Assembly (NCBI GenBank): GCA_024137785.1
Contig: JAHRHZ010000031.1
Coordinates: 3,643,725-3,707,724, forward strand
Source of the DNA: Ginglymostoma cirratum
Lineage: Eukaryota
DNA: 64,000 bases
Direction: 5' to 3'
Shown here: positions 13,110 through 26,770 of the stretch, one piece after another
How positions within the stretch are numbered: position 1 is the stretch's first letter
How the letters are laid out: each line of letters begins with the position of its first letter
Translations under genes and position numbers: made by a program
The notes under the pieces: generated by a model
The model's input: only the letters and a program-made list of their open reading frames with translations
What the model was told of the DNA's origin: nothing
Databases searched by the model: none

Positions 13110-13710
13110 GTTGGCATCACAGAATGAGGTTATTTCTGTCTGTGTCAGCTGTGAAAAGATTTATCCAGCCTCATCCAGCTTTCCAGGGCTTGTTAAACGA
13201 CAGTTCCTGCATATCCAGAACCCTTTTTAAACAGGTAGAAGATTTCTGCCACCACTGTCCTTTCAGACAATGAATTCTCAATCCTGTGGTGAAAATATTT
13301 TCCTCATCTCAACCTCCAGTCTTTCTATCAGTCATTTGCAATCTGTGGTCCTAGTCCATGACTTCTCTGCTGAGGGAAATTCCTGCCTACTCCGTTCTAA
13401 GCAAACAGCCCCAACCTATCCAGTTTCTTTCATAGCTGCAATTTTCCAGTCCTGGCGATTTTCTTGTAAACCTTCTCTCTCCTTCACTGGTGTAATTGCA
13501 TCCATTCTGTAGCAAATTGACCATAGCGCCATTAGGAAGGGAGTTCCAAGATTTTGACTCGGCAACAATAAAGGAACAGTGTCGGAGTTTCACGTTAGGA
13601 TGGCGTGAGGTTTGAAGGGAATTTTCAGGTGGTGAATTTTCCCATGCATCTGCTGCCCTATTCTTCTAGGTAAGAGAGGCTACAGGTTTGGAAAGTGCTG
13701 TCTAGTTCCT
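13110..13710 (-). mobile_element. Two adjacent decayed CR1-type 3' fragments
   Basis: Minus-strand remnants SYERNWIGWGC and KSWNSLPN. Confidence 0.6.
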
Positions 13711-14317
13711 GTGCACTCTGTGTATATTTCCAGGTATTGTATACTCCTTTACAAATGCATCACCTTGCATTTTTTTCATGTTGAAACCCTTTTGGCACTT
13801 GTCTGGCCATTCCGTTGATATTTTCCTGCAGCCAACAGTTGCAATCCCCAGCTTTCAACCAGTCAGCCAATTATTGGTGAAGACATTGAATTGTTGTAAA
13901 AGACCAACTAGTTGGCAAATCCATTTTAGGAGTGTCATAGCTGCTGCCCATACCCAACCTGGCCCACATGTGACCAGTGCTTGGCTGCTCAGCTGCTGGA
14001 ATTATCAATGCATGTAAATTTACAAACCAATGAATGGGGAAGCAGCCATTGTTGCACATGGGCCTTGGAGGTATGTGCAGCGGCAAAAAAAATTGCAGCA
14101 AACATTACAGGTAATTCTGAGCTTCCTTGATATATCCTTGCAAGCTAATTTTCAGAGGTCAGCATAAATCGCATATCCTCAGAAGAGTTGGAACTGAGCA
14201 ATAAATGCTGTTGTTTCCAGTAATGCCCAAATACAGAAAGCAATCTTTAAAAACCTACAGTTCTGTAAGGATTCAGTACGTTTTCGAGGAGGTTTCATCT
14301 TATGGAGAATCTGTAAT

Positions 14318-15420
14318 AATAGAATCATAAAGCACAGACGAGGCCCTTCGGCCCATCGAGTCACCACTGACAAAACTACCCTATAGCTACACTCGTCCCA
14401 CTTTCCAGCATTTGGCCTATAGCCTTGAATATTATCATACTGCAAATGCTTATCCAAGTACTTTTAAAACGTTCAGAGGTTTCCTACCTCAACTACCCTT
14501 CCAGGCAGTGCGTTCCAGATTCCCCCCACTCTGGGTGAAAATATTTTGCTCAAATTCCCTCTAAACCGCCTGCCTTTCACATTTAGAATTATGCCCCCTT
14601 GTTATAAGGGGAATGTCAGCATTCTATCCACCCTCGTAATCTTCTAGACCTCTATCAGATCCCCTCGCAGCTTTCTCTGCTCCAATAAAACAAGCTTATC
14701 CAGCCTGTTTTCATAGCTGAATTGCACCATCCCAGGCAACATCCTGATGAATCTCCTCTTACCAAAGTTCTATACTTTTCCTACGTGATCTGCCTGCTCT
14801 TATAATCAATGCCATATCTGGTAAAAGCAAGCATCCCATCTGCCTTCTTGACCAACTTATTAACCTGACCTGCTGTCATCAGGAAACTGAGGACAAGAAC
14901 CCCCAAATCTCTCCGTTCTTCTGAGCTTTCTAGTGACCTGCCATTCATTGAGTACTCCCTTGTCTTATGACCTCTTTCAAAGTGTGTCACTTCATACATA
15001 TCAAGGTTAAATTCCATCTGCCACTGATCTGTCAAATCTGACAAATCATACCTATCTCCCCCTGTAACTGAAGACCTTCTGTCTCACTGTGAACCATACA
15101 GTCAATCTTTGTGTCAACCATACAGTCAATCTTTGTGTGAACCATACAGTCAATCTCTGTGTTATCCACAAACTTACCATCCAGCCCGACTACCTTTTCT
15201 TCTGTGGGCCATGTATATACATCGTGAACAGTAAGGGGCCCAACACTGATCTCTGTGGTACACCAATAGACATGGGCATTCAGTCACACAAACAGCTTTC
15301 CACCACACCCTCTGTCTCCTACTTTTAAATCAGTTTTGGATTCAACTTGCCAAGTCACTTGAGATCCCATGTGCTTTTATCTTGTTTATCATTCCCACAT
15401 GTGGGATCTTATCCAAGGCT
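14318..15420 (-). mobile_element. CR1-type LINE fragment
   Basis: WQMEFNLD..EVTHF..ERRDLGVLV; agaatcata 3' tail at ~14320. Confidence 0.88.
15088..15162. repeat. 24-bp tandem repeat x3 (tgtgaaccatacagtcaatctttg)
   Basis: Three head-to-tail units at 15088, 15112 and 15136, each with at most 1 mismatch to the first. Confidence 0.95.
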
Positions 15421-15484
15421 ATAGCTAGAACTTGAGGTTGCTTTTAAAACATCAACACATTTAAAGTGGGGTTTAGGTGAAATT

Positions 15485-15715
15485 AGTCTTCGGAGCTTTC
15501 TTCCTGAAAATATGGAAAGTCGAATCCTTGAATATTTTCAAGGCAAATATAGATGAAGTTTTGTTAAACAAAGGGTGTGAACGCTTACCAGGGAAGGCAG
15601 AGATGTGCCTCTGAGGTTACAATCAGATCAGATCAGATCAGTGATCTTACTGAATGGTGGATGAGGCTCATGGGACAGATGGCTTGTTGCTGTTCCTAAT
15701 CCATAAATTCATAAC
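15485..15715 (+). mobile_element. CR1 3' tail fragment
   Basis: gatcagtgatcttactgaatggtggatgaggctc...atggct tail motif, with short (AGATC)n slippage. Confidence 0.65.
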
Positions 15716-17449
15716 TAACTACAACATGGAGCACACAGTTGTATTTTGCACTTGACAGGTGATAAGCTGGGATTGTAGCCATTTTTCTGAATTGTTGACT
15801 AATTATATATCAGTGTTTGAGGACTATTTTTATTACACAGTCAAGCGATGTAATTCAAAGTAATTTTGCAGGACATTAATTTTCTATACTTTTTTGATAA
15901 CTGGTTGATATTGCCAACTTTTTCTTCAAACCTTAAAAGACAGCAACAAATCTCAAGAAAACTAGCAAAGATCAGTACCAATCAGCAACATGAATAAAAA
16001 GGCAATTGAGTTAAATTTATGTACAATAATGAGAAGTTAACAATGCCAATGCCAAAACGCCTAGAAATTTTTTCATGAATTGCTAGCCAAGTTTGCTATT
16101 CATAAACTTTGCCCCCTCAAGGTTAGTGCATCAAGTAGAATAATTCAGTAGCTCAAGATCTCAATTATAATAAAGGAAAAGTCAGACAAATTTGTTTTGT
16201 TTTGTAAGACATCAAAATGGTAAAATGTAAACTCCAAAACGTTTTGAACAAGGATGTGTGTTTTTCAGTGGGCTATGCATGTTATGATGTGTTTGACAAA
16301 CAAATCTTTAATCAAGGCCACATTTCAACATGTTTGCTAATTTATGCCATTTCTTTTATATTTCTTATTGAAAAGGAGTCTTTAATGTAAACAGATAACA
16401 AGGTATGGAAATATTTGCCATTCAGTTTTGGAAGGAAGTTCTGGATAAAATTCATAATTTCAAAATGTTGCATTAAACACTTTTGACATTATTAATAGAA
16501 TTATATTTGATAAAGTAGGAAAGAACCAAGCCAAAACAATTTTATACTACTTAACTTTCTCTATAAAGATTTATCTTAAACATATTTGCATTAAAGGTAG
16601 TGAATAATACAATCATTCATAGGCAGAAATATATTTTACTTACGCAAATGTAGAAAATGAAATTACAGACTTTAAGATAACACTTTTACACACAAATGTG
16701 TAAAGTGCTTTCTTGCTAAACTTTGCAATGCTTTTACTGTAGATAGTGTAGTATTTGGCTGGCAATGCTTTAAGTTGCATTGTACAGACTGCTTGATGGA
16801 ACGGTCTAGTAAATTCCAAAGCTGTTTCAGAACATAGAATGCAGGAACCCCTATGGAAAGGGGTGATATTTGAAAATATAGCAAATAAACCTCATGTTGC
16901 AATCTTGATTTTGATGCTTAAACAGTGAAAGAGAGATGAAATGAGAGAACTCTTTTTATTTGTAGTATAACAGTTTCTGGAGTTCACAGTTTATCCAACC
17001 TGTGATAGAAGAGATTGATTGTGTAATTGAACCTCTTTCTAGTCAGGTGCAAAGACATGTGCACGGTGCCCTACGTACAGGGGTTGACAATATATTCACA
17101 GTTGCCATTCTGGGAATGCCTATGTGAATCTTTCTTTGTGTTTGAATTAATCTTATCTGGTGTTTTTGGAGGAATCCATTTATAGCTGAAACTTTAGATC
17201 TTGTGTGTGTCTAAAACTTGTGCCACTTTGATCTAATGTATTGTTTAGAAGTTGACTCAAAATTTAATTTATTCAAATATTATGTACTTAATGACTGAAA
17301 GTCTTGGAAACTATTCTGTACATTGACGATTGCATCCAATGCAATTTGGTATTGTATTAGACTGCTGCTTCAATGGCAGCCTGGTTACAAATCTGATGAA
17401 ACCATGATTCTTGTAATAATTTCAGAAATTACTAACTTAAATCCACACG

Positions 17450-18760
17450 CTGACCAACCTGCCCCCAACCAGTGACTTTGGTTATGAAGCAGCAGAAGTA
17501 AAACCTTCACCATTTTTTACATGGCATTTGCTGGCTTTTCTTTCCATGTTAAGGAAACTGCTCTTACGGGGGTGTAGTTTCATTGTTGATGAGTCTCTCT
17601 GGTCCTTGGTTCTGTGCACCAAATACATGATTTGAGTATCAACAGTCAATTTGAGGCCCACCTCCTGCACCCTCAACTATATGCCTAACAAATGGACCAG
17701 TCAACTTTTCTTTCTGGATCCAGTATTCGCCAATATTGTCTGTTCTTCATTTCGAGTGCAGTTCCATTTTCCTTCAAAGCTGTTGTTTCTGCACATTCCA
17801 TTCTTAATCTCTCTGCCGTACTGCCGACTGCAATTACCACCATGTTTGCAGTTTCCCGTTTGACTCCTAAGACCTAGCCCACTGTTATCTTCCAATTCTG
17901 TGCCCAATTTCCTACAACAAGTCTGTGACTCTATAACTGCAAATTCCCCCAATCAGGTTACTGTCCCTGCCACGGGACTGAAATGGGCCTTAGCAAAGTC
18001 ACTACAGTAATTGTACACATGGTCAATTTTCTTGTTCATCCTTCTTTGCCTGTCTGTAGTTGTTGACAGATGGATCACTCCAGTGCCTCCCAAGTCTCTC
18101 CTCCATTGTGCAATCAATCCAGTTGTGGCCAGAGTTTGCAGTGGGATTTACAGTTTCATTTCCCGCTCCTACCCTGTTGTCTCCTGAATCCTCAACTTCA
18201 TCCTATTCCTTTAGCTGTGCACTGTCACTCAGCAAAATCATCCAAAATGTATCATTTTCTGTATAAAAGCTAACAACACATACTAAAACCTTCCCAGCCC
18301 TTCTCTGAACTCCTCCATGGTCCAATTTGAAACCGTGCTTTTCCAAAATGCAGTACTAAATGAGTAGAAATCTATTCTTATTTAACAATGCAATTGCCTT
18401 TTATCTCTGGCACAAACTCCCTTCCCGAGCCACCATTTGATCCCTCGACCTGACAACCGTCTGTAGTTAAACCAGACATACTTGTGCCATATTTGATGCT
18501 GAAATAGACTGCCTATTTCATTTCCAAAACATCGCTGAACTCTGCCTCACATCAGCTCATCTGCTGCTGAAAAATCAGCCATTGCTTTGTTGCCTCCTAG
18601 TCTTGACTATTTTGATGCCATTCTGCATGATCTAATATCTTCCACCCTAAGTAAAATTTAGCTCATCTAAAATTATGCTGTCTGTATTCTAATTTGAACT
18701 AAATCCCATTCATCGTTTTAGGTGGGGTTTACACTGACTTACTCAGTCCTGTTACTTTTG
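17450..18760 (+). mobile_element. Very old L2-type LINE remnant
   Basis: C/T-rich strand; gcctatttcatttccaaaacatcgct...tctgctgctgaaa...cattgctttgttgcctcctagtcttgactat decodes to degraded AYFHLRNIA...SAAE..HAFV.SRLDY. Confidence 0.6.
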
Positions 18761-20334
18761 CATTACATGGAATTACAAAGTTCATTACTGCTGTTAATGA
18801 TGTGTTAGTGACTACTTTTCCATGAAACTCAAAAATCTGTGTCCTTTATTTCTGTGATTTTCATGTGTTGTGTTGACCTGTGGCAACTTTCTCCCTTAAT
18901 CTTGTGAATTGAACAAAGCCCAAGTTGTTATTTCCTCGATTTGGTGTGATTTGTTTCTGTTGATTTGTAACTTTGCACCTTTTTGTCTTACCGGTTTGGT
19001 CTTTGTGAAATGTAGGGCTGACAAATCCCTCCCTTGTCGTTGATCCCGATGACAACGTGTTTTCATTCATTAATGTTGCACAGTAACATCATTGCATCGG
19101 CCGCTGCTGATATTGTTTCTAGTGTACAGTAGCTATGCTCGTTCTAGCATTTAATGATCGCTGCTTTCAAGCCGACTACTTTATCCAGCCACCCTGTATC
19201 CAGGTCCCAAATGATTCTATCCCAAGCCCTTTATTTCTTATATGCACAGCTTAGCCCAGATATTGGGCCGATTTGCCCATTGTGCTTAATGCCCGTAACT
19301 CCTATTTCATTTCCAAAACATCGCTCAACTCTGCCTCACATCACCTTGATCTGCTGATTGCGTGTAATTCTAGTGGCCGAGATTAAATCCCAGGTTGATC
19401 CTGTACACTGGTTGGGTTATAGATTTAGTATTTTTAAAAAGAATTCCCAAGCAGTTTCTAGACTCTCTAAATGTAAATGAACACAACACTAAGGCATTAC
19501 CAGTGACTCCCCTTAGCCCTGGTGCCAAGTTCATTTCTCCACATTGACTGTGCATCAGGCTAATTGCTAAATTAGTCCATGGAGAACAGTTGAATACCAT
19601 ACAAGATTGAAGATCTTTCAGTGGTGAAATCTGAGTCAATTATTTTGAATATTAAATATTTTAACTGGATGCCTTTTTTAATTTTAGTCTTGCATCTGTC
19701 AGCATCAGAACATTGTGTGGAAATAGGCACCTGCTGTTGTGTTAAATATGCTTCTTGCCACATTTAAATTGCATTCATAATCTTGCACATTGTGACATTT
19801 AAACGTGGTATGGATTTGATGGGGTGGGGGTGGTGATGACAGTGGTGGGAAGGGGGAGGGTTGGTTACCAAAGTTTCGGTAACAAGCCTAATCCTTTTCG
19901 GTTGTGTTATTCTAATTGCTTCATAATAACTTGAACTAGAACCTGCAAAGTGTTTTTAACCTCCAGAGGATTGGTAGCTGGTCAGAACCCTCTGACGATG
20001 TATTATTTTTTAAGTGCTGCAGTGTAATGCACATTTATACATGCAGTGCACACATTCCATATATTTGCTGCGGATCCTGTTTGCAATTGTCCATGAAAGT
20101 GATATGTAAATGCATACATCACTGAGAGTGCCATTTTTATCAATTTGTGAACCTAAATGGGAAAATCAGTCCCAAGTTCCTTTGGACTGTTTGAGCATTA
20201 ATCCTAATTGAAGAAACAGCTAAATTTGTGATTTGAAATTACCATATATTCACAGGTAACATTGGCAAACAGCTACTGAAAAAAGTTCCATCTCCTCTCC
20301 CATTGTAATTTGAAGGTGCAATAATGCCCCGGGC

Positions 20335-20690
20335 ATATTCAGAATATGAAGCAATCTAACTGAAACATTCAAGATTATGAAAGTCGTTGACAGAGTCGAC
20401 CCTGAGCTGCTGTTTCACCTGTCTGGGGAATCTAGAACAAAGGTTTACAGTTTCAGGAGAAGGGACTGATCGCTGAGTTGTGAATCTTTGGAATTCTCTT
20501 CTCCAGAGAGTTGTGGCTGCTCCGTCATCAAATATGTTTAAGGCTAAGCCAGACAGATCTGGTCTCTCAGAGAATTAAGGGATTTTGGGAATGGGCAGGA
20601 AAGTGGAGTTCAAGTCCAAGATCAGCCATGATCATCTGGAATAGCAGAGCAGGCTCAACATGGTTTCTCCTCGTCCAATTACTTTTTTTT
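20335..20690 (+). mobile_element. CR1 3' tail fragment
   Basis: gaaacattcaagattatg...gtgaatctttggaattctct...gatcagccatgatc. Confidence 0.7.
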
Positions 20691-23600
20691 GATGTTGTCC
20701 ACCAAAATAGACTGTTTCAGTGCAGGAATTCAATGAGGTTCTGTTCTTTTCAGTGTTCAGCAACACAATAGGCACAATTTCTTTGCCATCTTTTACTGTG
20801 TCTGAGACTTTGTTTTCTCTGTGCACCACAGAAAGTTTTTTTTCCTGTATTCAAGTTAATGGTCCTCTTGTGTCCTGAAAGTAGCCAGTTTTACTTCACC
20901 TATTGTGCATGGCTTTGATGTGTTATGTACAAAGTCATTCATCCTGCAGAACCCTTCCAGGTCTTTAAAGGATATAAGTGTCTGATCCATAGAGTAATTT
21001 CCTTTGTAAGAAAAGTGTTGTGTAGTTTAAATAGAAACCATTATTCCACATGAGGAAAACAGGTCGACTGAATATGAAGAAGTCCCAGTTCTCTGCATAT
21101 TTGTTGTTCAAGACTCACCACCTTGCAGGTGAATCCGTTGTATGTAGACAGTGTGGTGGCATGACTGAACGGAAATTAAATTTCTTTTCAGTCTGCATTT
21201 GTTTAAAGATTGCATTACATCTTTTAGAAGGACTGAGTTTTCTGCAATTTATCAACATTACCAATGATGTACGACCCCTGTGAGAATGAACGCGTATCCA
21301 ATCTTGTTTCATGTGCATAACTCAGCTTTGTGTAAAACAGTAGAGAAATGATTCTCCACAAATATATTTGTCAGGCCTTGAAAATTCAATCATGTTTCTG
21401 ATGGTTTTAACTCTATTTTTGATGTTCTGTATAAAATGCTGTAGGAGAGCATGAATTTTAATTTTGATGTAAGAAGTCTCCTGGCTTGTTTCACAAAGAT
21501 CCACGTGGCTGATGATAAATCTTTACCACCTATTTCAGTGCAGTAGGGGCAAATTGAACTAGCCTGTTAGAATCCTAAACCTTGTATCAGGTGTGCATTC
21601 ATCCAGTTTCCACTCCACGTTTTCGAGCCGTGCTTGCTGAGTTCTGAGGGAAGAACGAGATCCTTGTTCAACTGCCAGCTACTTACAGCTGGTAGGAGAC
21701 TGATGTGTGATTTGTCTGCCTTGTGGGGTGTCAGCACAAGCTTTGCGGTGGCAATGCCATTTGCAGCAGTACATTCATGTTCCTGTTGAGAGGGGTGCAG
21801 GCAATTGCCTTATGTTACACTTGAGTTGCAGCATTCCCTTGCAAGTACTAGTGACATTGCTTAGTATACCGTCTTCCCTGTCATCCTGTACCACTTCATT
21901 GCATTTTTGGCCATGGTCAAAGTGATTGTCTTTCAAGGGAAGGTTGAAACCTTGGGAACAGCTGTCTCCTTTGTCGAAACATTGGTTTCGTTTTGGGTGA
22001 GAGGTTAACAAAAACTGTGACTAAGAGCCAGATGACGGGTGTTATTGGGAAATCTAATTAGCCATTAAGGGCAATCGTGTCTTCTTCCAGAGTTGCCGAG
22101 AGCTTGATCAATGCAGGACCACCCGAAGGTGATAATTTGAAAAAAAGTAAATATTTGCCAAAGAAACCTGGAATGCAAGGCCATGTGAAATAATAATTTG
22201 CCCCCAAAATAGTCAAAAATGCTTACAAGTCCGGCAGTGTGGCTTAAAAAGAATATTTATGGCGTGAGGTCATTTGAATCGTGTACCCGGAGAAGATTGT
22301 TATAAGTCTTAAAATAGCAGGCGTGTGGCATTAGACTATTAGTACCTTGTCATTTCTGAAGTGAAGCAGGGCTAGAATTTCAGCCCCTCACAGGAGGTGG
22401 TGGGCAGTCAGTTGCTGATGAAAAGATGGTGCGATCATTGCTCTGGGCTTTACTGTGAGAGGTTAATGCAATTATTTATGTTAGACTCCAACCACCTGTT
22501 AGAATCTTTCTTGTTAAAGGTCATTCCTTGGTGCCATGTCGTCTGACTTCAAACTACTTTGTATTGAGTTTGTTGCCTACTGTTTGTATGAACTGCAAAT
22601 GTCTAGAGAAGTTAAATGTTAAAATATTTATAGCGGTTTGTAGACTGCTTGCAATCTGTTGTCTCTGGGTATATTTAAAAAAAACTATTTTGTATGTATT
22701 GAACTACAAAATAACGGCCAGGAGTATGAGAAAAATGTCAAAGAAATGTTTGTATTTCAAGCACTTTGAATAGAACTACACACAGCATCCAATCCTGTAT
22801 AAATCAAATATTTCTTGTGATTCCGATGCACTGAATGACTCGTGCTGTTCCCATGTAAAGATTTAAGCCACAGTGAGCTACGTTATCAGACACTATGAAA
22901 CTCTGGTACTGTGATTTGTTAATTCTTGAAAATGTCTACCCAGTATGGAAAAAAACAAGATGGATAAAGGATGTATGTTTTAATCGTTTCTCTTGCTGTT
23001 GACAAGATGACCTTGAATTAATATATCCATTCTCCCTGCACTCTTGTTCACTGGATATAACTGCTCTTTGGATTGTACAGGCAGAACTAAAAGAGCAACC
23101 CTATTGCCAAGTTGTATGTTGGCACTTGAGTCCATTCTCTTCTGTTGCCAACTCTTTTGATTTGTTCCTTTTTATCCATGTTACTGCCCCTGTGTGACAG
23201 GCCGTGGGACATTTTCAAAGTTTAATCATGTCATAGATTTAAATTTTACGTAAAGAATAAATATGTTGTAATTTTAAAGGTAAGGTTCTCAAAATAAATA
23301 TTCTTTTTATTGAAATTGATCAGGAACTATCCCTACGTCAGCTTCCACTGCCTTAGACGTAGCTGCCTGTAAAAGTTGGGGTTATGTTTGATACTGCCAC
23401 TTGTTCTTTTAAAGGGAGGTCTACTTTAAAAGAATTCAAAGACTGAAGCATGTTCATGCCCGTGTAGTTAATTGCCTCTGCACTTCACTGAAATAAGAAG
23501 ACAAAGGGGATGCAAAGCTGCTTATCCTTTTGCCCCTTAGCACTTCCTTGAGTTGACTTTCCCAATGGTACTGCAGTAAGAACTGAGAATGGAGTAGAGA

Positions 23601-24489
23601 AGCCAGCGCTCAATTTTGGCAGCTATTTCAAGCCATTTGGAAGCTTTCCACTTAAGATCCAATCTAACAGCATAACTTGCAGCATAGTAAATAGAGATAT
23701 GCTCTTATTAAGGTTGAATGTTGTGAGAAGCAATCATATTTCTTAGTTGTTTGGGGATGGAATTTTCCTGTCTATCTGACAGTATGCCAAACCTTTTTGG
23801 GTATAGAACTGATGATTTACCTAACCGCTCACTCAGTCTGCCCCAGACTAGATTTCAACTGTGGAGGCCAACAAGATTTGAGGTTTGAACCCTGCTGTTT
23901 ACAATTGGCAAATCTGATTTAATGCTTGAGATAAGGAAGGGGAAGAAGCAAGGTGAGGCTGATGACATGGCAATGATAGTTTCGTGGCCTGCCAATAGTC
24001 TCACCTGAAATATTATCTGTTGGTGCCAAATGGAAGTAAAAATTACCATGAGAAAGACTGCCTTAATATAAATCTGTATATCTAATAAAGAATACAGTTC
24101 ATAATGAGGGGAAAAAAAATGAATTTCAAAATTTCTCTGTGTTGAGCAACGTCTTAGTCATGTTGTGTAGTCAGTTCAGAAAAACATGCAATGAATATCT
24201 GGTACGCCTTCAAACTTACCCCTGAAAAATAATTTTTAGTCATTTGCACCATTGAGATTGCTAAATCTGGTTTGTTTATTCTGAACAATATGATACTTCT
24301 TTCAGATCCTCCCCTCATACTGTTGAAACCAATCACAGTTCCCAAGCTCTGCTTCTCAATGTTACTCAGATTGTTACCCACCGTTTGGGCTAGATACATT
24401 CTCGATGAAGATGATTATTGCCCAGCACTTTTGTAATGAGACCATTAATTGTCGAGTAACATCCCAACCCCAAATCTAAGTATTGTCTA

Positions 24490-25020
24490 CACAATTGCTG
24501 CATGTAGTCACCGGCCTTGAGGAGGTAGGTGGGGTGAGCTCCCTTCTTGTATTGCAGCAGACAGACCATTTGGTGTAGGTGCACCCACGATGCCATTTGC
24601 CAGGGTGTTCCCAGGATTTTAACCCAACGACAGTGAAGAAATGGCGATCTCGTTCCAAGTCAGGATGGGGAATGACTCGAAGGATAAGGTGTTGGTGTTC
24701 CCATGTAGATGCTGCCCTTGACTTTCTAGATGAAAATGCTTGTGGCTTTGGAAGGTGCTGCCTGAAGGGTTTCGGTGAATGTTTGCAGTGTGCACCTTTT
24801 AAAAGGTACACATTGCTGCTACTGAGCCTTAGTGATGGTGATTGTGGATGTGGTGCCATTCAGTCGATCTGCTTTGTACTGAATGGTGGCAAACTTCTTG
24901 TGTTGTTGGAGCTGCACTCATCCAAGTGGGGAGCACTCCATCACGTTCCTGACTTGTACTTTGTTGATGGTGGACCAGCTTTGGGGAGTCAGAAGATGAG
25001 TTACTCTGTACTTACTGCTT
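24490..25020 (-). mobile_element. Decayed CR1-type LINE 3' fragment (same family as 55188-55945)
   Basis: FFTVVGLKSWE remnant; caggattttaacccaacgacagtgaagaaatggcgat shared motif. Confidence 0.7.
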
Positions 25021-25199
25021 CAGTGTCTGAAGAATTGTGAGTGCAACTGAACACTGATGTTAAACAGTGGAAATAGATGTTATGCATAGAGCAGAGTGGT
25101 CCCACAATAAAACGGATCAGATCAAATCTTTGCAGTCCTGCCATTTACAATGATGTGTGGCAGAGGACAATTAATTAGGATGTGGATTTTCTGTGAACA

Positions 25200-26010
25200 T
25201 TCCCATTTTTAACAAGGATAAACACCCAGCACCTTGGTTCAGATGTCATAGCTAGTGATCTCCAGCCAGTAGTACCAAGTGGATGATCCATCTCAGTATC
25301 CGTCACAGTTTCCTACCACCAGAGAAGCTGATACTCCATCAGTCCAGTTCACTCGTATTAAGAAATGGCTTAATACATAGAATTGAGCAAACATCATAGA
25401 TTGCGGCAACATCCACACTGAAGTAGTGAAAGCTTGTGCTCGAGAATCAATCAGGACTTTCTTCAAGCAGTTCCAGTACAGCTGTAGCATTGACCTCTAC
25501 CTGACACAGTGGAAAATTACCCAAGCATATGTGATCCACAAGAAGCAGGGCAAATCCATTATGGCTAATTGCCAACTCATTGGTCTGCTTTCAATTCTCA
25601 GCAATGTGATGGAGAACGGCCATTAATAACGCTATCCACTGGCACTTACCATTAGCCTGCTCACTGATGCTCAGTTTAGGTTCTGTCAGAAGCACTTGGT
25701 TCCAGACCTCACTGCAACATTGATCTGCACAGAAACAAAATATGTTCAGTTCCAGAGTTGAGGTGAGAGTGACTGTCTTTGACATCAATACAAAATATGA
25801 ACTAGTTTGTCAAGGTGCCCATGCAGAATCAAAATTGGTGAGAATCAGGGAGAAAACCACCAGTATCTGGAGCCATAGTTAGCTGAAAGGAGGGCTAGTT
25901 GTAGTTGCTAAATGGCAAATCATCTCAGCCCCAGGATTGTGCTGCAGTAGTTCTTCAAGGTAGTAACTAGTGCCGGATCACCTTCTGCTTAATCAATTAT
26001 CTATGTTCCA
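25200..26010 (+). mobile_element. Decayed CR1-type LINE RT fragment
   Basis: LFQYS..IDLYLTQWKITQ..IHKKQGKS..ANCQLIGLLSILSNVME; degraded VPQGS region ~25950. Confidence 0.7.
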
Positions 26011-26019
26011 TCATTAAAA

Positions 26020-26255
26020 AAAGAAACAAAATGCTGAAGAAACTCAGCAGGTCTGGCATCTGTGTAGAGAGAAATGGAGTTAACATTTTGAGTCGATAAT
26101 TTTCCAGCTCCTTTCTATTCTGAAGAAGGTGATACTGGACGTGAAATGTTACCACTGCTTCTGTCTCCACGCATGCTGCCAGACCTGCTAAGTTTCTCTA
26201 ACATATTCTGTCCTTATTTCAGATTTCCAGCATCTGTAGTATTTTTCTTTTATTT
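26020..26255. repeat. Palindromic MER6-like/Penelope-terminus-like hairpin repeat
   Basis: aaaatgctgaagaaactcagcaggtctggca pairs with tgccagacctgctaagtttctctaacatatt. Confidence 0.75.
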
Positions 26256-26399
26256 GACTTTTCTTCCACCTTATGGTTGGAAGTGGGTTTTTTTCCTGAT
26301 TGTCTGATATCAGTATCGTTCTCCATTTCCTAGGTGATGAAATAGATTGCTTGTATGCAACAAGACCAGCATAAAGCATTAGGAACTTTTGCAATCAGT

Positions 26400-26770
26400 T
26401 CATTCATCCACCCTGCAGTTCCCATCTTGTCCACAAAGTTTGCAGGAATCTTGTAACTCTTGAACAATTGCAGAGACAAGCTCAAGATCTGCTTCACAAC
26501 AATCACACCCTCCAATTATTGATCATGGACCAATCTGATTTACCTAAACTATGGGGTGTGACTGCCTCCTGTGGGGGGAAAAATGTCTAGATAATTTTTT
26601 TTCTCCCTCTTGATTTGGTTTAGTGTCTGCTGCTTGGACTCCAGCTCTTCAAGTCTGATCTGAAGTTGTTCAAGATGTGAACTCTTCTGATAGATGTGTT
26701 CACTGTAGAACATCTTGGTGTGAAGCAGTTCTCACATGTTGTAGTTACAACACATCAGCTGATGTTCTGT
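26400..26770 (-). mobile_element. Possible CR1 ORF1 N-terminal remnant
   Basis: Reverse strand resembles C..C.MWE / H.C.KC / LEQLQIRLEELE zinc-finger-leucine-zipper start of CR1 ORF1. Confidence 0.45.

Noticed and set aside
15088-15162. Repeat array resembling CRISPR
   Set aside because: Units are contiguous with no spacers, lie inside a eukaryotic LINE, and no cas genes are present
24579-25040. 153-aa Cys-rich ORF
   Set aside because: Antisense reading of a decayed CR1-type repeat
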